Positions 39,714 through 49,510 of a stretch of 64,000 nt of DNA are shown here, one piece after another; positions within the stretch are counted from its first letter, which is position 1, and every line of letters begins with the position of its first letter. The DNA is from Pirellulaceae bacterium. GTDB lineage: Bacteria > Planctomycetota > Planctomycetia > Pirellulales > Pirellulaceae. A program made the translations under genes and the position numbers. The DNA lies in assembly GCA_963781095.1 (NCBI GenBank), contig CAWAEA010000013.1, positions 79,081 through 143,080 on the forward strand, read 5' to 3'. The notes under the pieces were generated by a model. It was not told where the DNA came from and made no database searches. It saw only the letters and a list, made by a program, of their open reading frames with translations.

Positions 39714-42543
39714 ATGTTCATCGTGGAATCGCATCGCTTGTTCTCGCTTATGATTCGGCTGCCCGCGCTCGTGTCGATCGCTCTTGCGGTGTCGACCCCA
39801 TCGGCGGAAGCGGCAAAGGTGTCGATCGAGATCTCGTCCAAGAGTGCGTATGTGGGGATGCCGATCACGATGCAGATTCGTGTGGAGGACGCTTCCCAGA
39901 CGACGCAACCCGAGATCCCCGAAGTTGACGGATTGACGATCGAGTCGGCGGGACGGCCGCAAGTCAGCTCCCAGGTCATCATGTTCAACGGACGCACGCA
40001 AACCAATCGGTCGTCCGTGCTGCACGTGTACCGTGTGACCGCCGATCGACCGGGCGACTTCGTCATTCCGCCCGTCAAGGTCACGGGCGGTGGCGTTTCC
40101 ACTATCACCGAGGCGGTTCGCTTCACAGCGAAACGCAGCGAAAACGGTGGCGAATTGATCGTCGAAATTGTCGGCGAGCAGAATAAAGTCTTTGTCGGCC
40201 AATCGCTCAACGTGACGCTCAAAATTTGGGTGCGTCCGTACCACGACGAGCAATATGATTTGACGCTGGGCGAGCGTGAGATGTGGCAGTCGATTTCACA
40301 GCAAACGAAGTGGGGTCCGTTCGAAAAGACGATGCAGGAATTGGAAAAGAAACGTCAACGACCCGGCGGACGGACGGTCCTTCGCCCGGGCGCCGACGGA
40401 GAAGACCAGCAATACTATTTGTACGAGATTGACGCGACGATCTATCCGACCCGGCCCGGTCAAATCGAAGCCGATGATCTAAGTGTCATCATCAAGTATC
40501 CGGTGCAAATCGGACGTCAACGTGACCCCTTGGCATCCATGTTCGAAGACATGGAATCGCGATTCGGCAACGGGGCGCTGGGCGACAGCTTCTTTCGAGG
40601 TTTTTCAAGCGGATTGACGGTCCTTTCGGTCCGTCCCATCGTCGCCGAGGCGACGGCCCAGTCGATCGAGGTGATGCCGATCCCAACGGAAAATCGGCCG
40701 GAAAGCTATTGGGGCGCGGTGGGTCGGTATTCGATCGACGCCGAAGCTTCGCCCAACGATGCCAAGGTCGACGACCCGATCACGATCACCCTCACGATTG
40801 ATGGTACCGGACCGATGGATCTTGTCCGCGCCACCCGTTCTATCAGCTCAGTCAGATCTGACTAAAGATTTCAAGGTCGCGAGCGATGATCTCGCCGGAT
40901 TTGTGGATGGCCAGCGCAAGTATTTTGAAACCACGCTGCGCCCCAAGTCGACGGAGGTGACCGAAATCCCGCCGATCAAGTTCAGCTATTTCGATGATCA
41001 GACGGAGGAATTTGTCACCGTACAAACCGAGCCAATACCGATTCGCGTCACACCAAGCGACGTGCTCGCGCTCGACGCCGTTGTAGCACGGCGCTCGGCG
41101 AATTTAAGAACAAGCGACCAAGACACGCAAACCGCGGTCGGGCAAATTGCCTCATTCTTTACGCCCGCCAAACCCGACTTCGAATTGTCGCCCCTCTCGG
41201 ATTCTGAGGCAGCCGAGGCTCTCGTGTCACGCCGCCGCGCAGAACCTTTTGGACGGACGGCCGTCATCGGGCTGTTGATCGGTCCAGCAATCTTTTTGTT
41301 CGTTTGGCTGGTGAGCCAGCGCAAACATTTATCGGTTTTGATGCCGGCACGCAGAAGGTTTTCTCGCCAGCTTCACGCGGCCCAGACCCCGAGCGATGTT
41401 GCGGCGGCGCTCGCAAAATGGATTGCGCATCAATTGGGGGTTCCGGATCGACCCGGCAATAACGACTCGATCGTCGGTTGTTTGAGACGTGCCGGCCAAC
41501 ATGAGTCGGCCATTCGAGCCGAACGATTGTTCGCAAAGACGTCCGAATCGGTCAAGCACGCGGATGACCCCAAACGGCTTGAATCCCTCAAGGCCGACGC
41601 CCATGCAATCGCGTCCCAGATCCGCACCAACGTGCGGGTGCGTCGTGCCAAAATTGATACGACAAAAGCGACGGCAATGGTCGTGACATGGTGCTTGGCG
41701 TCGATCGTTGCGGTTTCCACCGCTTCGGCCCAGTCCGCTGAATCGCCGTCCGCTGAATCGCCACCTGCTGCGTTGCCGTCCGCTGTATCACCGTCCGCTG
41801 GGTCAGACTCCACGAACCGCACCGCGATGTTGAAATTCGCGCGCGATGCGTATCGTTCGGCAGCGACGGAGACGGATCCAAATCAGTCCCAGACGGGATT
41901 CCGGAACGCCGCTGAGACGTTCCAGGCGATCGTCGACGCGGGTGTTGTTAACGATCAACTCTATTTCGACCTCGGCAACGCAGCCTACCGAGCAGGCGAA
42001 CGTGGACGCTCCATCGCCGCCTATCGACGAGCTCTTCGAATCGAGCCCGAGAGCGTAAGGTATCACAGCCACCTTCGCGCAGCGGAGATCGACGAGTCCG
42101 CGGTGACGAGTGTCTCGTCAATCAATGATCAAGTGATGCATTGGATTTCACCATCGATGATGCGAGTTGCGGGATGGGTCAGTTGGTGGTCGGGTTGGTT
42201 GATGTTGACAGTTTCGATGATCGGCAATTCCTCCCCAAGGATCTCGTCGTTCCGACGATTTAGCCGTCGCGTCGGCCTCACCATGATCCTCTTGGCGATC
42301 CTACCGGCGGCTTCCTACGCCATCCGCGTGATGCCGCTGGCTCGTGACGGCACCGCTGTCTTGATCGCTGACGAGATCGCGATCCGGTCGGGCGACGGCA
42401 ACGAATTCGATGTCATCGAAAACGTGGAATCAGCCGAGGGCGACTTGGTTCAGGTCATCAACCAACGACGAGATTGGACAGAAATCGAAATGCCTGCCGG
42501 TGTCCGAGGTTGGATCCCTAGCGTTTCGCTTCAACCGATCTGA
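39714..42543 (+). CDS. BatD-family protein fused to BatE-like TPR/SH3 region, frameshift near 40830
   Basis: BatD Ig-like domains, 'YWGAVGRY', then ORF 40759..42543 with 'LYFDLGNAAYRAG' TPR and 'GVRGWI' SH3. Confidence 0.8.
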
Positions 42544-42588
42544 TCCATGGATCTGATCCATGGGTCTGGTCAACCGAGACGTTACCGT

Positions 42589-44457
42589 TCAGTCGAGCCG
42601 GTGGAACACCAACATCCGCATTTCCGCGACCTGTTCACCTGGCACTCGGATCGCTTTGAGCGTGAGTGCGCCTGGTCCCGGCGTGAGCCGTATTGTTCCG
42701 AGTGACATCGCTTTCCAATCCTTGACGTAGCCTTCGGTTCGCACGTCGCGATCGTTCGCCATTCCTAAAAGCGGCACGTCGTGGGGCTCAGTGATCGTCG
42801 TTCGAATCGCTTGATCACCCAAACTCAATTCGATCACCGATCCTTCGCTGCCATTCTTACAAGCGTAATACAGAGTCACCTCGTGATCGCCCTCGCCGAT
42901 CACATCGACATCCCAAGTGATCTTCCCGTCGGCGTCGACCCAGTTTTCCAGAAACGAGCAATTGGGAAAGCGATTGCTACGGACGATACCGCCGTGACCG
43001 ACCGCGTCACGAGCCGGCAATTGGTCGTGCTTCGCGTCGGGATGCCCGAGGGTGATCGGGCGGCGATCCATTTGATTCGCATTTTTAGGATTCAGCTCGG
43101 CGACGTGTTGCTTTAGCACTTGCCCCAAACGATCCGCAATCTCGTTTCTTTCTTTGCTTAAATCAACCTTCTCACCGCGGTCTTGCTCGATATCAAACAA
43201 GCTGCCGTTGGAATGCATCCGATATCGATTGTTCCTCAAGCTGTGATTGCCGTTCCAGGTCGTGAAGATGGAGCGGTCGCTCGTGGTGGGCGACGGATTG
43301 CCGAGAAAATCAGCGGCCATCGATCGACCATCAAGAGGATTGCGAGGGGGCGTTTCGATTCCGCACAATTCCGCGAGCGTGGGTAACAGATCGATCGCAC
43401 CCATGATCGACATGATGGTGGTCCCAGGCTTTACCCCGCGTGGGTAGCGAACCAGCATCGGTGAACGCAATCCACCCTCGTGGGTCGAACCTTTACGACC
43501 GCGCATCCCACCGTTGAATCGGTAGCCGTTGGGACCGTTGTCACAAAAGAAGACGACGATCGTCTCTTCGGCCAAACCTTTCTTATCGAGATGCTCGAGC
43601 AATCGTCCCACATTGTCGTCGATGTTTTCGCACATCGCCAACGCGGCCCGAGTGTGATTGTCGTCTTGGGCTTTGGCGTTCTCGGCCGAGGGATCGGGAA
43701 TCAATGATTTCGTTTTGAACCGGTTCCAATACGGATCGGGAACTTGCATCGGCGAGTGCGGCGTGTTGTACGCAGCGTAAACGAAGAACGGTTCGTTGGC
43801 GTGTCGGTCAATGAAATCAATGGCATGATTCGTTAGATCGTCGACTAAGAACCCGTCGCCCTTCACGATTTGGCCGTTGTGTTCCAGCATCGGGGAAAAG
43901 TAATCACCCCAATGTCCACTGCAAAAACCGTAGTAGTCATCAAATCCGCGGGCGTTGGGGTGATAAGGAAACTGGGTCCCGCTGTGCCATTTCCCGTACG
44001 CCGCCGTCGCGTAACCCGCAGCTTTAAAAACTTCCGCAATCGTTTGTTCGTTCGCATCGATGCGCTCGCCCCCGGAAGACGTGCTGTACACACCACTGCG
44101 GCTGTGATAGCGACCCGTTAAAAACTCGGCGCGAGTCGGTGAACAAACCGCGCAAACGTAAAAGTTTTTCACCGACGCGCCGTCGCTCGCGAGCGAATCA
44201 ATATTGGGCGTCGATAAATTCGGATTGCCATGCAAGCTCAAATCACCCCATCCCTGATCGTCCGTCAAGATTACGACGACATTGGGACGTGATGACCCCG
44301 GGGGTTCTGGCGGTTGCGCTGTCGCGCGACGTGGTGACACGCAAATCGAGAAGAGGCCAAGAACGAAAGCCCATCGGACCACGGCGCACGACGCCTCTGG
44401 ATCGAAAAAGAGTTGTGACGGTGTGACGAAAAGTTTTAGAAGACTCATATCAACCAA
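42589..44457 (-). CDS. Arylsulfatase family protein
   Basis: RPNVVVILTDDQG, CSPTRAEFLTGR (CxPxR), GKWH, DNGP. Confidence 0.95.
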   Translation of the reverse strand: MVDMSLLKLFVTPSQLFFDPEASCAVVRWAFVLGLFSICVSPRRATAQPPEPPGSSRPNVVVILTDDQGWGDLSLHGNPNLSTPNIDSLASDGASVKNFYVCAVCSPTRAEFLTGRYHSRSGVYSTSSGGERIDANEQTIAEVFKAAGYATAAYGKWHSGTQFPYHPNARGFDDYYGFCSGHWGDYFSPMLEHNGQIVKGDGFLVDDLTNHAIDFIDRHANEPFFVYAAYNTPHSPMQVPDPYWNRFKTKSLIPDPSAENAKAQDDNHTRAALAMCENIDDNVGRLLEHLDKKGLAEETIVVFFCDNGPNGYRFNGGMRGRKGSTHEGGLRSPMLVRYPRGVKPGTTIMSIMGAIDLLPTLAELCGIETPPRNPLDGRSMAADFLGNPSPTTSDRSIFTTWNGNHSLRNNRYRMHSNGSLFDIEQDRGEKVDLSKERNEIADRLGQVLKQHVAELNPKNANQMDRRPITLGHPDAKHDQLPARDAVGHGGIVRSNRFPNCSFLENWVDADGKITWDVDVIGEGDHEVTLYYACKNGSEGSVIELSLGDQAIRTTITEPHDVPLLGMANDRDVRTEGYVKDWKAMSLGTIRLTPGPGALTLKAIRVPGEQVAEMRMLVFHRLD

Positions 44458-44703
44458 TCAGACGATGGAAACGAAATCAACCTGTTCTTGAACCTGCAGT
44501 TGACGTTGACGGGCGATCGAAATGCAAGAAAATTCTCGGGAAATGCCGGTTTTTCGTAGTGGGCAAGCTATTCTCTCTCGCCAAAAATCTTCCGAATTCT
44601 GACATCAATTCGAGTGACTTTGAATCCGTCAAGGGGTACGGTAAAGGTAGACGTTCACGCGTGTGAACGAACGAAATTTGACGCGATCAGCAAAGGTTCG
44701 GCC

Positions 44704-45048
44704 ATGATGCTTTCGACTCACTTCGGTAACTTCAGCCTCGCTCCCTCGATGAAACAAGATGTCTCGGACTTGATGCTCGGCGCGGTCGAGCACTTTCAAA
44801 GCCGGGTTCGTAAAGTCCAGGTGACGGTTCGCGATGTGCATGGTCCCAAAGGGGGCATCGACAAACAGTGTCGATGCGTGGTTCATCTCAAACGGATGCC
44901 ATCGATTGTGATCGAGGACGCCGACACGAACTACGGCAACCTTTTTCATCGCGTGGCCGACCGAGTTTCCTACACGCTGAGCCAAAAGATTGATCGTCGT
45001 CAAAAGGGAAGCCGATCACGCAAGAATCGATCGCAAGACATCGATTGA
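44704..45048 (+). CDS. HPF/RaiA-like ribosome-associated protein
   Basis: 'VTVRDVHGPKGGIDKQC' typical of the family. Confidence 0.8.
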   Translation: MMLSTHFGNFSLAPSMKQDVSDLMLGAVEHFQSRVRKVQVTVRDVHGPKGGIDKQCRCVVHLKRMPSIVIEDADTNYGNLFHRVADRVSYTLSQKIDRRQKGSRSRKNRSQDID

Positions 45049-45075
45049 ACACGTCGTTCAGACGGGCAGCCTCAT

Positions 45076-45907
45076 CTACTTGGTTGCCGCTCGCTTTAGC
45101 AACGCATTGACGATTGCGGGTGCGAATCGGTCGGCGTAGACGAGAGCTTTACCGCCGGCGGACAGGATCACCTCGCTCTTTCGCGACAGGATCGCCGCCA
45201 GTGCTCGGCGGGCCACGTGCTCGGGTGTCCAACTACCGAAGCGGGTTGACGTCTGTCCCGCTTCGGTGTGGACCAAGGAGTCAAAGAATTCGCTGTCGGT
45301 GGTGCTGGGGCTGACCAGCGTGACCTGGACATTTTGCGCCGCCAGCTCGGCTCGGAGCGAGTCGCTGAACCCGTGGATCGCAAATTTACTGGCACAGTAT
45401 TCACTTTTATCGGGCACCGCGCGATGCCCCAGCACGCTGCTGATGTTACAGACGACGGGCCAACGACCGGGGCGTCGGGCGGCCAGGGTCAAGCCGGGCA
45501 GTGCCAAACGTGTTAGCTCGACGGGCGCGAAAAAGTTGACCTCCATGATCTGACGCAGTCTCTCGGGATCGGCATCGGCAAAGGGACCGATGCCGCCGAT
45601 GCCCGCGTTGTTGACCAACAAATCGATTTCGCCGTCTCGGATTCTCGTCGCTCGATCGATGATCGATTTTCGCACGTCATCGAGGGTCACATCGCCGACC
45701 ACGGGAAGGATTCGGCCGGCGGTCGGCCGCCTGGCCAAAGTTTCCAAACGCTCGGCGCGTCTCGCGACCGCAATGACGTGAGCTCCGCGATCGGACAACA
45801 TCTCGCAAAGGCTGCGGCCGATCCCGCTGCTGGCGCACCGTCACGATTGTGACGGAGCCGTCGGGATTGAATCGATGGGGGGTGATCCGCACCGGATCAA
45901 GCCACAT
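45076..45907 (-). CDS. Short-chain dehydrogenase/reductase, frameshift near 45838
   Basis: TGxxxGIG split across frames (IVT / ASSGIG), LVNNAG, YCASK. Confidence 0.88.
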
Positions 45908-47297
45908 CGCTGGCGGGGTCGTCCTGGGTGACGATTTCCATCGGCTGTGGTGAACGAGAAACGGGTTTGTCGTTCCGAGGGAGCACTCGAATCGCCCGCG
46001 CCGACTTGTGAACCGGCCCCATCGCGCCCGATGGAATTCGCACGCGTACGGTGGTGATCTGTTCGCCGAACTCGCGTGACAAGACTTCGCCCTTGGCCGA
46101 CAAGTACGACAACAACTTCCCATCGCTGACGCCGACCTCGACTTCGACGTCCAAGAATTCGCGGCCCAGCGCCTGGCCGACCGCTTCGGTCAGCATCGTC
46201 AAACCTTTGTCGGAACGAGCACTGACGGGGATCGCGTTGGGATAGCGATCGAGCACGCGATTTAAGACCGCCGGACTTTCAATCGCGTCGATTTTGTTCA
46301 ACACCAACAGCGTATCTTTCTCTTCGATGCCGAGTTCTTTCAGCACTTCGTAGACCGCCGCAATCTGTTCGAACACCGTCGCACTGCTGGCGTCGGCAAC
46401 GTGCAACAACAGCTCGGCTTGTCGAGTTTCCTCCAACGTTGATTTGAAACTTGCCACCAACGAGTGAGGCAGATCACGAATGAAACCAACGGTGTCGCTG
46501 AGCAGCACGGTGCCCCATCCGGGCAACTGCCATCGCCGAGTCCGTGTGTCGAGTGTCGCGAAAAGTTTGTCCTGGGCCAACACGTCCGCGTCCGTCAACG
46601 CGTTCATCAGAGTGCTTTTGCCGGCGTTGGTGTAACCGACAATCGAGACGGTTGGCGACTCTTTCCGAGCCGCAACTTGTCGCTCGCGACGGGCTTCGAC
46701 TTGAGACAGTTCGGTTTGCAAATCGTGGATTCGCTTTTGGGCGATCCGGCGGTCCACTTCCAACTGTTTCTCGCCCGGCCCACGCATGCCGACGCCCATC
46801 GCTTGACGCGACAGGTGTGTCCACATGCGTTTGAGTCGCGGCAAAGAATATTCGAGCTGAGCCAGTTCAACGGCCAACCGCGATTCGTGCGTCCGTGCAC
46901 CGGCTGCGAAGATGTCCAGAATCAATTCGGTTCGGTCCACGACTTTGACGCCGGTGGCTTGTTCCAAATTGCGGACTTGAGCGGGGTTGAGGTCGTTATC
47001 GAAGATGATCAAGTCAGCCTCATGCCGCTCGACCATCAACCGCAACTCCTCGACCTTGCCCTTGCCCAGGTAAGTCGAATGGCTAGGGGTGGATCGGCGT
47101 TGGACCAACTCGTCGACGACCTGAGTGCCGGCGGTGGTGGCCAATCCATGAAGTTCTTCCAGCGGATCCGCCTCGGCCGTTTGGCCGGGCATGATCAAAC
47201 GTGCCAAGATGCTGCGCTCGGGCGAGTCGTCTTGGACTTGGTGGGGTTCACGCGCAGTGATAAGAGCCGCTCCTGATTTTGAATTGGGTGTGGTCAC
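45897..47297 (-). CDS. hflX: Ribosome-splitting GTPase HflX
   Basis: LILDIFA, GPGEKQLEVDRR, VGYTNAGKST, LFATLD, DTVGFI, NKID. Confidence 0.97.
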   Translation of the reverse strand: MTTPNSKSGAALITAREPHQVQDDSPERSILARLIMPGQTAEADPLEELHGLATTAGTQVVDELVQRRSTPSHSTYLGKGKVEELRLMVERHEADLIIFDNDLNPAQVRNLEQATGVKVVDRTELILDIFAAGARTHESRLAVELAQLEYSLPRLKRMWTHLSRQAMGVGMRGPGEKQLEVDRRIAQKRIHDLQTELSQVEARRERQVAARKESPTVSIVGYTNAGKSTLMNALTDADVLAQDKLFATLDTRTRRWQLPGWGTVLLSDTVGFIRDLPHSLVASFKSTLEETRQAELLLHVADASSATVFEQIAAVYEVLKELGIEEKDTLLVLNKIDAIESPAVLNRVLDRYPNAIPVSARSDKGLTMLTEAVGQALGREFLDVEVEVGVSDGKLLSYLSAKGEVLSREFGEQITTVRVRIPSGAMGPVHKSARAIRVLPRNDKPVSRSPQPMEIVTQDDPASDVA

Positions 47298-47443
47298 TCC
47301 ACACGAACATTATAGCGGAGACGAGAAAAAGGAAGAAGGTTCACCCCAGGCTTTGACCAGACGTGTCACGGGGGCTGCCAAGAATGGTTTTTGTCGAGCC
47401 AACGGAGGTTCGGCGGAAACGAAATTTTGCCGGAGACTTCCCG

Positions 47444-47746
47444 ATGACCCAAATGTTGTTGTTCGAATCGTTCGCCGAAACCACCGCTGCCAACGTCGCT
47501 GCCAACGTGGGCATCGGGACCGCCGCGGGTGTCAAAGTGCCCGTGATCAGTCGTGCGGGTCGGCCAGCCACTACGATCGTCGAGCCGCCAGCGGATTTGG
47601 CGGTCCGGGTGGACGCCTTGGGCAAGCGATGCGACGAAGGTGGGCTGAACCACATGGGCGATTTGGCTCGATTGGTGCTGCTGCGTTACGACTTGGTCGC
47701 CAAACGACGCCAACAAATGGCTTCCCGCCGACGCGCCGCTCGTTGA
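47444..47746 (+). CDS. Hypothetical protein
   Basis: GGAGA RBS before ATG 47444; 100 aa with basic C-terminal helix. Confidence 0.6.
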   Translation: MTQMLLFESFAETTAANVAANVGIGTAAGVKVPVISRAGRPATTIVEPPADLAVRVDALGKRCDEGGLNHMGDLARLVLLRYDLVAKRRQQMASRRRAAR

Positions 47747-47798
47747 ATCGGTGGTTGATTGAATCTGTTTTGGACCGCGAATTTGGACCGCCAAGCAA

Positions 47799-47920
47799 AT
47801 CGCCGGAAATCATTGGGCAAAACGGTCCGCGGGCGTCCCGCCCGCTTTCGGCATATCGGCCGGCGGGACGCCCGCGCACCGAAAGAGATTAAACCGAAAG
47901 ATTCTACAAGACGTGCTTAC
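47799..47920. repeat. Second copy of the dispersed REP-like element
   Basis: Matches the reverse complement of 35010-35218 including non-palindromic flanks (AATCATTGGGCAAAACGG ... TTCTACAAGACGT). Confidence 0.85.
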
Positions 47921-47978
47921 GCGTCGTGTTACCACCTGCGGCTACGCCCCGTCACATGCCCCGGACAGGAAGCGAGTG

Positions 47979-48284
47979 TCATTTCAATGGCGTCGAATCT
48001 GATGTCCCGCCTCGTTTTCCGAACGCTTTTTTGGAATCTGGCTTTTTCGAATCGACCACGATCACCGACTCCTTTTTTGCCGTTTTGCGGTTTCTCAGCA
48101 TCGATGCGGTCAACAGCGCGCCGAATAGGAACCCGACCGCCATTGCGATCAACAACAACACCGACAACGGAAATTGGCCGTCCATCCACAACAACCGGAC
48201 GGCAGTCAATTCATTGTTCTGGAGCGACATCGCGAGGGCTAGCAAGATCCCCAGGATCAGGAAGAACCAACGAATTTTCTGCAT
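47979..48284 (-). CDS. LapA/DUF1049-like small membrane protein
   Basis: Two TM helices, 'LQNNE...V.LLW...PLSVLLL'. Confidence 0.8.
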   Translation of the reverse strand: MQKIRWFFLILGILLALAMSLQNNELTAVRLLWMDGQFPLSVLLLIAMAVGFLFGALLTASMLRNRKTAKKESVIVVDSKKPDSKKAFGKRGGTSDSTPLK

Positions 48285-48314
48285 CCGATTTGCCTTTCAA
48301 GCCGACTAAATAGA

Positions 48315-48330
48315 CTGTACACGGATACAG
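48315..48330. promoter_or_regulatory. Putative LexA (SOS) operator
   Basis: CTGT-ACACGGAT-ACAG = CTGT-N8-ACAG, ~100 bp upstream of imuA. Confidence 0.65.
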
Positions 48331-48427
48331 TGAATTGCTAGCATTCAGTGCGCGAGATTGCTAGCATTGAGTATCCGGCCGTTCATCTGACTTTAACTGA
48401 CCCCAGCGAATACGGGGAGGCGAAACC

Positions 48428-49510
48428 ATGTCATTCCAGCAAACGTTCGCTTTCGCTGACCCGGCGGAATCTTTCGCCGCCCCGACAAAACCCGCTGAAT
48501 GTCATTCGCCCGTCAGTCGGAAATCTTGTCCATCCAAATCAACCGCACCGAAGCCGGCCACGCCGCCCGAATCGCTGGATTCACCCGATTCCCCCGCGGT
48601 GCTGCCCACCCGTGACCAAATTTTGCGAGATTTGAGAGCCCGCACGGGCTGCATCCCGATCGTCGAAGATCAGCCTGGTCAAGATGTCGGCCGTGCCATC
48701 CTCGCCGGGCCTCGGATCGAAACGTTCTCCACCGGCAGCCCCGACATCGATGGCTTATTGCCCCGTGGCGGCTTGAAGGTCAATTCGATCACCGAATGGG
48801 TCGGCGGCAATCATTCCAACGCCACCTGTGCCCTGTCGTTGGTGACTGCGGCGGGTTGGTTGACCCGACATGCGGGTCCTTTGGTCGTGGTGGCACGACC
48901 GGCCGATTTTTATCCACCCGCCGCGGTGGCGTTGGGGATTCCGGCCGACCGAATGATCTGGGTTCGCCCCAATCGGCATGCCGACGCGGTGTGGTCGATT
49001 GATCAATCGTTGAGATGCGAATCGGTCGCGGCGGTTTGGTCGCTGGTGGGCGCTGAATTAGACGATCGGGATGCCCGGCGGTTCCAATTGGCCTCGGAGG
49101 CTGGCCGCACGCCGGGCTTAATGGTTCGTCCGATCGCGACGCGAGGCAAACCAACCTTTGCGGAAACTCGATTCCACGTCGCCATGGATCGAAACGTTCG
49201 CTTCGAAACTCGTCACCAAACCTCATTCCCCACGTTGAGGGTGACGTTGGATCGGTGCCGAGGATCGGTCGGCGGCAAAGAGGCCACGGTGATGATCGAC
49301 GACCGAGGTCGATTGATCAGCTTGGCCGCCAAGTCCGCCCCCGCCTTCCAGCCTCATCCCCTGCAACCCGATCGACATCATGAAACGGCAGCTATGCGTC
49401 TGGCTTCCGAATTGGCCCATCCAAAGACGCCGACTGGTCGACCAAGCTCCCACCGAGCTGATCCATCCCAAGGCAAACAACGCCTCCACGACAAACAACG
49501 CCGAGCCTGA
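48428..49510 (+). CDS. imuA: ImuA family RecA-like protein
   Basis: STGSPDIDGLLPRGGL, FYPPAAVALGI, WSIDQSLRC, RRFQLASEAG. Confidence 0.88.
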   Translation: MSFQQTFAFADPAESFAAPTKPAECHSPVSRKSCPSKSTAPKPATPPESLDSPDSPAVLPTRDQILRDLRARTGCIPIVEDQPGQDVGRAILAGPRIETFSTGSPDIDGLLPRGGLKVNSITEWVGGNHSNATCALSLVTAAGWLTRHAGPLVVVARPADFYPPAAVALGIPADRMIWVRPNRHADAVWSIDQSLRCESVAAVWSLVGAELDDRDARRFQLASEAGRTPGLMVRPIATRGKPTFAETRFHVAMDRNVRFETRHQTSFPTLRVTLDRCRGSVGGKEATVMIDDRGRLISLAAKSAPAFQPHPLQPDRHHETAAMRLASELAHPKTPTGRPSSHRADPSQGKQRLHDKQRRA

